This document shows, piece by piece, positions 46,521-56,405 of a stretch of DNA of 64,000 nt (its first letter is position 1; each line of letters starts with the position of its first letter). Source of the DNA: Trypanosoma brucei (lineage: Eukaryota); assembly GCA_000002445.1 (NCBI GenBank), contig CM000207.1, positions 2,784,001 through 2,848,000 of the forward strand, read 5' to 3'. The notes below the pieces were generated by a model. That model saw only the letters and a program-made list of their open reading frames with translations. It was not told the DNA's origin and ran no database searches. The translations under genes and the position numbers were made by a program.

Positions 46521-48866
46521 TCAGTTCTTCCTTATGTTTTGTTGGAAAGTGGTTGCCGTGATACCAAACCTATGAGTGTTATCATGGACTTCTTCCGACC
46601 TAAGCACTCGCTTCGCATAAGCAATGATGTCGGGGATCCATGTATCTCGCAACTGTGGTAAATCTGCGGACTTTTTGGCCATTTCATCACAAACCTCATT
46701 CCGTTTCACGCCACAATGGCCAAACACAAATTGCAGTTGGATACGCACCTTCCTTCTCTGAACTTGAAGCAGAAGCCTCCATAGTCGTCTTATAATTGGG
46801 TCAGTTACGGCTAGGGGGCCTGTCTGCAGTGCTGTTAACATTGACAGCGAGTCAGAGAAGATGGACAACCTGCTCGGTGTGCTTCTGTATGCCGGAAGCC
46901 ATTTCAGCAGCCGTTGCAGTCCTATCTCTAATGCTACGCATTCCGCTCTGTAACTGCATGAGAGTTCCCCTGCTCCGGTCTTGGGTGCACAAATCAGCGT
47001 GTTTTTTCTATAGAGCAGGGCAGCTGCCCCGGACTTCTCACCGAGGGACACGGATCCATCAGTACACAATTCGTAGTGCTCTCGCCGCGGTGGCTCCTTC
47101 CCCCTCCGTGCAAAATGCCGTTCAATCCACTTTTCGGAAACCTCCCTTTTGACATCGTCAGGGTCATCAGCGCACACAGGCTTTATCTGCGTGTGAAATA
47201 TCGGTCGGCAGCTGTGGCGGAGCGTCGCTGTCTCTAGTGGGTGCTCGCGTGGCTCAATGCGGAGGTGGGGATAAGACCGCATGATGCGGGAATGTAAGAC
47301 TCTGACTGGATGTTTGCTGTGGTATACTTCCTCATCACTGCGCCGCAAACATCCGCCTCGTGACTCACACATCAGCATGAATTTTATGCTGTGCACAAGA
47401 GTGGCCGTCTTGAGTGGCAGGAGGTTTGCTTCCAGCAGAGAGTTCTCTTTGCGCGTCCCATGCGGTATGCCGGCTATGATGCGACTGGCTTTGTGTTGTG
47501 CTGCTGCAAGGAGGTCTAGACTTCGTTTTGAAGCGTCCCAGTACCATACCTCAATGCCATACATGGTGTGTGCCTGTACGAGTGCTAGATAAAAAGCTCT
47601 CAGTACTTGTCGTCTTGGCCTCCATGTAGAAGCTGAGATGGATGCTATCTGCAGTAGTCTCAAGTCCATCTTGCGTCTCGTTTCGGCCGCATGTGTTGCC
47701 ATCCCTTGCAGACACTGGAATGTTACTCCTAGAAGCTTCGGTGTCCTGTCAGCTCCTATTCTTTCGCCGTCTAGTTGTAATGTAAGGGGATGGCGCTCTA
47801 TACACCCGAAGAGTGTGCACTTTGTTTTCGCTATATTGACAGACATGAAGTACTCTTGTGACCACTGTAACACCACGTTGAGGCCGCATTGTAGTGTGTG
47901 GTTGATGGCATCCCTCTCTGTGTGTCTCGCAAGTAGCGTTAGGTCGTTTGCAAAGAATCCGTGCTGCAGTAACGGCACTTCTGCAAGGCGCTGGCTCAAC
48001 GAGTTCATGACAATAATGAACATGATTGGGCCAAGGACAGTTCCTTTTGACACTCCTCGCTCAAATGTTCTGCTTCTGGAAAGCCTCTCCTTGAATCTCA
48101 CTCTGCCAGTTCGGTTACTCAGAAATGATACGCACCACTTCACAATGTGGGGTGATACCTTCATTCTGTGCATTTTCCTCGCAATTTTGTCGTGATCTAC
48201 TGTATCGAATGCCTTCTCGTAGTCAACGAATACAGCACCTGTACGATATTGGTGCGTGGGACGGCAGAGGGCAGCGCGGACGTGCAGCAGTTGTTCGAGC
48301 GTTGAGCATCCGGGGCGAAAGCCTGATTGCTGCGGCGTCAGCTGGGACTCAACAGTGTCTCTAAGCCTCGCGGCAATTATGCGCTCCATGACTTTGCAGA
48401 GACAGCTTGTGAGCGTCACAGGCCTGTAAGAATCGAGGTCCTCCGCCTTTTTTCCGGCCTTCAGGATGGGGATGATAACACCAATCTTCCATGCAGGCAG
48501 CACGACTCCCGTTCGTAGGCTCTCATTGAATAGCCTCAGCACAACATTCAGCGCTGTTCTACCGAGATGTTGCAGTGCCTCGTTGTATAGGCAATCAGGT
48601 CCTGCTGCGGATCCACTCGGAAGTAGTTTGATCGATCTCCGTAGTTCAGCCATCGTGATGGGACTGAACTCACTCGCTATCGTCTTTATTGGTGCCGGTG
48701 GGTGTGAGTCGGGTTGCCTTCTTGCGCGGGACGAGTACAGTTTACTGAACCTCTCAGCTTGACGGTAGTCCGTGATGGCCGCGTTATCAACAAGTACAGC
48801 CAGTGTGGTTAGTGGTCGTGGCGCATATACCTTCTTGACAATGTGCCAACTGCAGCGGTCTGACAC
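46521..48866 (-). CDS. ingi copy 2: RT plus RNase H ORF (781 aa; N-terminal part separated by a stop relative to copy 1)
   Basis: Same RT blocks as copy 1: FDTVDHD (copy 1 has FDTVYND), FFANDLTLLA and the RNase H blocks. The upstream piece 48891-49079(-) ends TTKKR*, where copy 1 reads through. Confidence 0.9.
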   Translation of the reverse strand: MSDRCSWHIVKKVYAPRPLTTLAVLVDNAAITDYRQAERFSKLYSSRARRQPDSHPPAPIKTIASEFSPITMAELRRSIKLLPSGSAAGPDCLYNEALQHLGRTALNVVLRLFNESLRTGVVLPAWKIGVIIPILKAGKKAEDLDSYRPVTLTSCLCKVMERIIAARLRDTVESQLTPQQSGFRPGCSTLEQLLHVRAALCRPTHQYRTGAVFVDYEKAFDTVDHDKIARKMHRMKVSPHIVKWCVSFLSNRTGRVRFKERLSRSRTFERGVSKGTVLGPIMFIIVMNSLSQRLAEVPLLQHGFFANDLTLLARHTERDAINHTLQCGLNVVLQWSQEYFMSVNIAKTKCTLFGCIERHPLTLQLDGERIGADRTPKLLGVTFQCLQGMATHAAETRRKMDLRLLQIASISASTWRPRRQVLRAFYLALVQAHTMYGIEVWYWDASKRSLDLLAAAQHKASRIIAGIPHGTRKENSLLEANLLPLKTATLVHSIKFMLMCESRGGCLRRSDEEVYHSKHPVRVLHSRIMRSYPHLRIEPREHPLETATLRHSCRPIFHTQIKPVCADDPDDVKREVSEKWIERHFARRGKEPPRREHYELCTDGSVSLGEKSGAAALLYRKNTLICAPKTGAGELSCSYRAECVALEIGLQRLLKWLPAYRSTPSRLSIFSDSLSMLTALQTGPLAVTDPIIRRLWRLLLQVQRRKVRIQLQFVFGHCGVKRNEVCDEMAKKSADLPQLRDTWIPDIIAYAKRVLRSEEVHDNTHRFGITATTFQQNIRKN

Positions 48867-49490
48867 CGCAAGTCTGGAGCATAGTGTGCTTCACCTCTTT
48901 TTTGTGGTACGGTCCAGGATCTGCTTACGCGTGGCTACCAACATTTCCCTTCGGTGGGAGGATCCGCATCCAGCGATCTCTTCATCGAGTTTCGCGAGCT
49001 CAGGTGTCCAATGTGGTGGCGTTGCTCTGCAGCTACGGGGGACGGAGACCTTCGTCGCAATGCGGATGGCGGAGCTCAATTTCTGTTCCAGGGTGTTGAC
49101 ATTCTTCTCTCTACCAATTTTCCTGCAGAGCTCGTCAACCTTGAGATGGAAATTCCTTCAGTTAGCTTTTAGCCATGCGTACATGGGCTTTCGAGGCCGC
49201 GTGCAACTCAGTGCATCTGTGTCGTCTCCAACGATAACGTCGAAAAATATGTGATGGTGATCGCTATCTGGAGAATACAGCGATATCCACGTGTACACTG
49301 TGCAATTCCTTGACAGTGTCACATCAGGGGTGGACTCCCCGTGGTGGCGCGCGTACCTGGTGCACTGACCAGTGTTGCAGACCAGAAACTGGTTGTCAAT
49401 GCACCACTGTGTGAGGGTTTCACCCTTGGTATTTGGTGGGCTCGCGCGATCCCATGCCAACGAGTGTGCGTTAGCATCTGCACCGATGAG

Positions 49491-49916
49491 CTAAGCACTG
49501 TCAGTTGTCAGAAGCGTATCTAGGTCAGTTGCCGTGAAGGTGTGTTTTGGTGGGATGTATGCCGACGTGACAGTCAGCGCCTTTCCACGTGCAAGGTGAA
49601 TTGTTGCATGCACTTGTTCAATGCGACCAATAACGGCCATACAGGTCTCGACTGGTAGGTCTTTCCTCACTAGTATTGATACACCACCTCCTCTGCAGTT
49701 ACGAGCTATTCCGTTATGTTGGTAGCCAGCAACGCTAAAGCAAGCCGCCTCTCCAGGCGTCATTCTTGTCTCACTCAACAGACAAAAGGCGATCCGCTCA
49801 TCAACAAGGGTTTTGTGGAGTGCTAATCTCTTTCCTTGAGATAGCCCGGCGCAGTTCCACTGCATCCCGCGCAACGACGGGCCGGGATTCTCTTCCATGT
49901 CACCGAACAGCAGCAT
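49491..49916 (-). CDS. ingi copy 2: 2A-like peptide plus AP-endonuclease segment
   Basis: MLLFGDMEENPGPSLRGMQWNCAGL… is nearly identical to 18652-19077. Confidence 0.8.
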   Translation of the reverse strand: MLLFGDMEENPGPSLRGMQWNCAGLSQGKRLALHKTLVDERIAFCLLSETRMTPGEAACFSVAGYQHNGIARNCRGGGVSILVRKDLPVETCMAVIGRIEQVHATIHLARGKALTVTSAYIPPKHTFTATDLDTLLTTDSA

Positions 49917-50629
49917 CTTAGTGCGGATGATACTGCTGATGGCACGCTGGCACGTGCCCAGGGACCGACAAATGAAGAACGGTGTCCCAGCAAGACGCTG
50001 CTGATCCCTGTGCTGTATGATGCCGTAGCCGGAGCACAGCAGTGTTCCCCATGAAAGGAACGCTGCTGCCTCTTGGCTTCCCCAGATGATACGGGGTACT
50101 GGACCCTGGCACCACGTTGAGGTGGCCGTAATCGCCAGGTGTTTGGCTTGTCTCTGCCTGTTCCGAGAATTAGTTACCTATGGTGGAGGACGAATTTTTA
50201 GGTGAATTAAGAAAAACCATACCAGCTGTATTTTTTGTGCCAGATTGCCGTGTATCCATGATAGAGTCATGAGTCGAAACTATGAACTTTTCAAAGAATA
50301 TATGAGAGCATATAAACAGTGCGGCGGTTAGTTGCCTTCCACTCCAAATCCTTATTTGCGTCAGTTTCAAAGACTGTATTTCCCCTGTGTATACTCGACT
50401 GTTCCTCTATATCATTTCATCTCCATCATATCCTTGTGTACGATTGTGCACACAATCATAACGTTAGTGTTTGAACCTGGAAAACTTCTATACTCTATCT
50501 TTCTTCTCCTTTTTCCATTTTATTTAGCAATATTCCACATCATCACTTCAAATCCATTATGCATACGATTACTCTCGTTGCACACATACCATTGTCTTAA
50601 CTGCATTTTTTGTGTTTTTCATTCATTTT

Positions 50630-50750
50630 TATAGTTACTACTCTTATTATAATATTCGTATATACACACTCACAAAACTATCCAATAATAATTATTACTG
50701 CTACTATATTACTATTACTATCCTTACTATCACTGTTATAACCGTAACTG
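50630..50750 (-). repeat. 70-bp repeat(s), reverse orientation
   Basis: …TATATACACACTCACAAAACTATCCAATAATAATTATTACTGCTACTATATTACTATTACTATCC…. Confidence 0.8.
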
Positions 50751-50992
50751 ATATACATAAAATATATAAAGAAAATAAAAATATTACTCATTTCCATACT
50801 TTACTACTACACTACGTTATACCTGTATGTTATAGTAATACGCTTCTTTTTAAAACTTTTAATTTTGTGACCTGTTTTCATATTTTTACTAGAAAGCATT
50901 AGAGTTCATCGAATGTTATCAATTTTAGCAAACTATCTCAAAATAGAGAATTTCATAACATTCTTAAAATTGGGCAAGTTTTCTTTTAAGTT

Positions 50993-53278
50993 TTATGCTA
51001 TAATCAAAAAAGCAAGCAAAAATAGGGGCCTTGTTAATGACAACAGAATTGCTTCCTGTGGTGTTTGTGGCTTTTCTATCATCTTCTGATTTCATTCCTT
51101 CTTAAAGTTTGCACTTTTCACCTTTGTGCTCGCAATCTTTGTCTGCTGTACATTTACTTTCTTCTGTATCTTCCTTGCATTTTTTGATTTCTTCGAATCC
51201 ACTGCTTTTGTTTGTTGAGCCGCCGCTATCTGCGCGCGATCGGCTAGCAATATGCTTATTGCATTTAGTGCCTTGCCTTCGGTGCTGACGTCCCCAATAT
51301 CCACAGCTTGCACCTCTCCCCCTTTATAAATTTTAACCTTGTGGCCTGGTTTTAGAGTAGTGAATTTTGCGTTAAAGGCGTCGTTGTCTTTTCCATATGC
51401 GTCTTTTAAAAATTTAGTTAGTTGTTTGCTCTTCCTCTGAAAGTTTTGCCTTCCTCTGCACCCCTGTAGGTGGGTGCTGGCGGCTTGGACGACCAGCATT
51501 TCCGCAGCTAGTGCTTCCACGTTTAATGTCATTTTCTGGAATGTTGCTGGTTATGTTCGCAAGGCGTTACAGATAACTTTTGTGGCGTATTCTGCTGGCT
51601 TTCCTTCCTCTGTTGCATCGTTGTGCGTTGGGTTGCAGTCACGGACACTGTCTTGGTTCCTGTAAATTTGTAGTTTTTTGATCGGCTCAGTTCTCGGGGT
51701 CGCTTGTATTCCCGTCTGAATTATGGTTGGCGACAGAGTTGTTATTGTATCTTGTACGCAGTTAGCTGCAGCGTCTGCCCAGGTGCCGTAGCTTTGCGGA
51801 CTTTGGTTGCATCTTCCGCTCATGGCCAGTTGTATGACAGTCCAGCGGTTCCTTTTGTCTTTTTACTGCTGTCTGCTACGCGTAAACTTAGCAGCTTGCT
51901 TGGCTGCGTGTCTAGACTGATAATTTTGCTCTCGCCTGCTCATTGTGCGCGGTGCACCCTATTGCTGGTCAATCTTTCCTTGCTTTGCGAGACTTGTCAA
52001 AACCGTTATCAGCGCCAGTTCTTTAAGATACTATGTCAGGTGCGCTGCTGTGTTCGCTGCCTCGGTTGCAGGCTGTGTCACTTGTGCTTTTGACTTCTCC
52101 TCGTCGGCTGCCCCGACGATAGTACACAGAAATCCAAATATCTTTTTTTTTCTCCCTTGGCTGAGCACGCTGCTTTGCACCCCATTTGCAGCAGGGATAT
52201 TGCCAGTGTTGCCGCTACTATGAGCATTGGTTGCTTTACTCGTTTGGTGCCGTTCCGCGGCACCAACGTATTTAGCTGCTGCCTCTTCATTAAGCCGCTA
52301 GTGGTTGTGGCTTCTAGCGTTGTCCTGTTGTGGTGTTGGTGAACAGAAAATGTGGACCCTGTTTGAGTCGTTAACTAGAGTGCTCGTCGCAGATAGTGCC
52401 GGCATCGATCCCCGCGGACGGCAAGTATTTAGCTTACACCAAGGATGGATCTGCCTCAACGTGGCGCTATGGTCTAGTACCAGAAGAGAAATAGGCTGGG
52501 AAGCCAAATGTTCCATCCAAACGGCGGCCGCAACACCAGATATGGTGCGACCGCTCCGTGGGGAGAGAACCATTACTTAGTGTTCCACCACGGTTCAGCA
52601 CCCTGATCAGGTGGGGGAACGAAAATCCCTGATACAACCTCTGTCCGAGGAGGCAGATAGATATGGTAAACATGGTTCAGACGCAACGTGTCGGGGATCA
52701 AATGGGCGTCAAATGGAAGACCGTACCCCTTGACACGCACACATGCGGTCGCCCACATGTTGGTGTCAATTCTCAAAAAAAAACAGGGTCTTTTAGTGTG
52801 TAGGAATGACAATCTCCAGTGTGGAGTCTCACACTACCACGTTCTAGTGGCGTGGTGTGCGTAAATGCATTTCCTTTTTACCCTCTGGTGGACTGGCTGC
52901 GTGGTCCTGACGGTTGCACGAGGGAAAAAAAAAATTTTTACTGCCGCTTTTTCTTTTTGTTTTAGGTTTGTTGTTAATTCTCTAATTTCGGAAATTATTG
53001 CTTCCTTTCTTGGATGCCGCCTCTTATGTGTTGCGTTTGACTTGTTTTTTTCTAGATAGAGGTCTGCTTTGGGTTTCAACTTAATAAGCTTATTAATGTT
53101 GCCGGTCCGGTCGGTCAGTAGTTTGACTGCGCGTGCTGGCGCTTTTACTGGAGCTTCGAATAACTTCGCTAGTGCGGTCATTTTCCCTTGAGAGGCGTCC
53201 ACCATCGTCTGCACAAACCGGCGGGATAACATTGATTTCCAGTATACTGATCACGAGTATTATGCAGTGTGCCTTCAT
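50993..53278 (-). pseudogene. VSG pseudogene, heavily fragmented and over-long because of an internal foreign insert
   Basis: The C-terminus reads …NSVVINKAPIFACFFDYS… with stop about 50993. C-domain and hinge ORFs lie at 51092-51532 and 51551-51823, and N-domain pieces at 52078-52290 and 52834-53232. A signal-peptide-like start at 53278 reads MKAHCIILVISILEINVIPPVCADDGG. Confidence 0.7.
52340..52935 (+). other. Unassigned about 0.6-kb GC-richer segment ending in an A10 run, embedded in the VSG pseudogene N-domain (candidate retroposed insert)
   Basis: Composition shifts sharply relative to the flanking VSG sequence. Internal ORFs on both strands have no VSG character (for example …WATACVRVKGYGLPFDAHLIPDTLRLNHVYHIYLPPRTEV…). 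The segment terminates at GCACGAGGGAAAAAAAAAATTTTTA (52917-52940). No match to the ingi/RIME termini was seen. Confidence 0.35.
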
Positions 53279-54149
53279 AGTCTGCTGTGTTGCTTTAGGT
53301 AAACTATAGATAGTTACTGAAAGAGCCTAAGTTCCTCTGCTTTCTGTTTGTTTTAAAGCTCGCCGATTTCTTGGTTGTTCTGGTGGTCAAGAGTGGCTAT
53401 GAGGGCGAAAACTTTTATGTTTAACACCTGTATGTAGTTGGAAACCCGAAGCCTGATGCCAGCTACGCAAACCACATGTTGTTGGTTTTTTTTGAAATCT
53501 TCCGATTATTTATTTGGGGTTACGGTTGGCTAGAATTCTGAGTGCATGCCGTTTATCCTGCGCTGCTACGCAGAAAAAATTAGAACTCTTTGTAGAATTC
53601 AAAACCGTCTTTACTATCTTCAATAAAATTCCCTCTGCATCATGGTTATACTCCTTCAAAAGTGAAAGCACAAAAACGCCCTATAAAGAATCAGTTAACT
53701 TTTGTCAAACAGCACGTTAGTTTTAGCTTTAAAATTAAAAGGTGGAGCCGCTACCATAACCACTGCTATAGGGTCTACCCCTTTTTGAGTAAAAACGGGG
53801 TATCATCGGCTGAAGATGTATTATTTTTCACTTTTCTGATGTGTATATCGTTTTTTACTCTATGTTTCCTTATTTTCTTCTTTTTCTGCTTCCATCACTC
53901 CGGACAACATACAAAGTTCGTTTGGCCAACATAATGCACTCTGTCCCTCCATCATTGACATTCTCCATCACCTTGTGTATAATAATGACCATATTCGTGT
54001 TAGTGCTTAAAAAATTTAGCATGCTCTATTTCCGTTTCTCTTTTTGTTTTTCTACTTTTCCTTTAATTATATTCCTCCTACTTTCCCACCCAACTCACTC
54101 ACTTACATTGCACACTCGCTATTTTTAAGTCTTTCTGTATTACCTGGAC

Positions 54150-54260
54150 GGAGTTTCTTCACTACTATTGCTCTTATTATAATATACATAATTATATACT
54201 ATTCCATTTATATCGTTTTATCCGCTGCTTCGATTACCATTATTATAAAAAGCCCAAATA
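54150..54260 (-). repeat. Degenerate 70-bp repeat-like tract
   Basis: CTCTTATTATAATATACATAATTATATACTATTCC is the reverse complement of the …GTATATA…ATTATAATAAGAG part of the repeat. Confidence 0.4.
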
Positions 54261-54474
54261 CTATCCATTATATATACAAAATAAACTAAATTAGAATGGC
54301 ACTCATTTTTCATACTTCATCACTATACTGCTTTGTAACAATTGTATACCATCACGTACGTTTTAGCAAATTTTGAAACTTTCAAATTTTTACATTTTCA
54401 ATGTAAAGTGCCAAAATATGTTAAATATCAGCAAACGTTTTCAACAAAATTAATAAAATTGAGCAAAAATCTTC

Positions 54475-56000
54475 TTAAATGTAAAATGATACCAAAATCA
54501 TCAAAGCAGCATCCGTACTCATAGAAAATTTCTTATTGAGGAGAAAACAGCCATTTCTGTACTTTTCTCTTTCTTTGTAATCTCCACCCTCTTTTCCCTT
54601 CCTCCATGCACAATTTTTCTCGTCTCCTGTTTTGTCTTTTTCACAAGCGGTCTTATCATTTCCGTGTCTTGCACATCCAGCTGGAGCTGCTCCCTCTTTT
54701 TCTGTCTCTCCTGTTCCTGCTGCTGTGGTTTCTGTTCCTGGTTTAGGCTTGCATTCCTTTTTAGTTTTTTCATATTCGCAAGAATCTGTTGGGCAATGGG
54801 TTTCATTGTTGTTAAAACTTTCACAGACTATCTCCTTTCTGGCGGTGGCCGTTGTCGATTGTACTGGTATTGTTTATGCTGCTGCTTGTCCTTTAGTGTT
54901 TTACTCGTATTCTGCTGCTTTTTAAGCGCTGCCAACTGTTCCTTTAGTCGTATCCGCTTTTGTTTATCTGCTTCGTACAGTTTGTAGGCGCCTGCCGCTT
55001 CTTTTAACTTTTTGATCCATGGCACTTTGTTTAGTCCTCCGTCCGGTCCACTGAAATAGGTGTGGTAGTCAACACAGTTGGCGTCGCTGTCAGTGGAGCT
55101 TACAGAGGTTTCTTTTCCGAGGACGGTTTTTCTATTGAACGGGTCCTGCTGTGCCATTGGTGCGCCTATTTGGGCGATGGCGGCGGATATTTTAGAGTCT
55201 AATTGTTGAACTGGTGCTTTCTCGGGGCATGTGCCGGCAGTCCCTTCTATTCTGTCGTTGGTGCTGTCGCCTTTGGCATATGTGTTGGCGTTCCTTGCTC
55301 CGCAGGCGTTGTCTGTGCCGTCCGCGCAAACACATACTAGGTCATTGCCGATACTCTTGCCGTTTTCTGCGATCGCACAGTCGGTTGCCTTGGTTATTGC
55401 GGTTGCCACCTTTTTGCATGTCTTTGTGGATGCCTCAAATTTGTATTTTGTTTCGGCTCCACACATAGCCTCCTGTAGCGCCGAATTGATTTTTTCTATT
55501 AATCTACGCCGTCCTTTGTAGGAGGTGCTTTTAGCTGTTCATTGATCTGCTGGGAGATGTGAGGTGTTGGATTTATTGCCCGTGCCGCACGCGCCCTCTC
55601 CTCTTTTGATATTGGCCGAGGATTTTCCTTTGCCCAGTTGTTGTCTTTCGCACCTGGTTTTGTGTGTTGTCGCTGTCTTTGCCATTCTTTACATTTTACT
55701 GTCCAATCAAAGTGCTTTTTCTGAGCATCTAGCGTTACCTTCATTTTATCCCACGTTCCTGCTTGTGCTGCAGTGCCAAGCAAGGCGTGTCATTTGTCGT
55801 CTGCTGCACTCATATTATAGTATAGTATATCTATGTAGTCTGTTTCGTCCGGCGGCGTCGTGAAAGCCGAAATGCTGCCGCTCTTGGCTATCTGCCAGAC
55901 GTTGCACAATGCCAGGAAAACATTCTGTGCGTCGCCTGCCGTTCCATGTGCACGCTGTAGCGACTTCGCTGCGATAAGCAATAATATTAATTAAATTCTG
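54475..56000 (-). pseudogene. VSG pseudogene (frameshifted)
   Basis: The tail reads …NGCFLLNKKFSMSTDAALMILVSFYI* (stop 54475-54477) in a different frame from ORF 54519-54824. N-domain ORFs lie at 54828-55466 and 55499-55783. The 3'UTR 16-mer-like element lies at about 54400-54430. Confidence 0.75.
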
Positions 56001-56405
56001 CTTTTTCCCATGTTCAGTGTTGTTAAACACTACCTTTCCCTTTCTGATTGTGCTGTTGTTTTATTATTTAACTACCAATAATTGATATGATTGGCTAGAA
56101 AGCCTTTTGAAAATTATAGTCATTGAATCTTGTGCTGTTTTAGGTACGAAATTTGTCGTCTAATCATCATTCGGTGGTTGGACGCGTCTGCATCTGCTTT
56201 TTGGTGGTTGTGAAGCCGTCCCAGCTTGGCGGAGTGGGGTGGTGTGCTTTTATCTTTCTGTGTTTCGTTGAAGTACTTCATTGGCTCTTGTTTGGAGGTA
56301 ATTTGGTAGTGGTGTCGAGGAACCGGAAGATAGATCTTCAAGCTTCTTAGCTATAAACAAATCCCCTTCTTTAAATGTACCATCACAATCAGCCCATAAT
56401 ATATA

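Larger units (their letters stand above)
44890..50139 (-). mobile_element. ingi non-LTR retrotransposon, copy 2 (about 5.25 kb, inverted relative to copy 1; pseudogene copy)
   Basis: The minus strand begins with the shared 5' terminus (the reverse complement of 50100-50139 reads CCTGGCGATTACGGCCACCTCAACGTGGTGCCAGGGTCCAG). It has the same domain order as copy 1 and about 97% amino-acid identity across the RT ORF. The 3' end …CACGAAGAAAATAT + A8 appears on the plus strand as TTTTTTTTATATTTTCTTCGTG at about 44890-44912. Confidence 0.9.

Noticed and set aside
52460-52530. tRNA-like words (TGGTCTAGT…) inside the unassigned insert
   Set aside because: No cloverleaf could be assembled, and there are no acceptor/T-arm complements. 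Not called.
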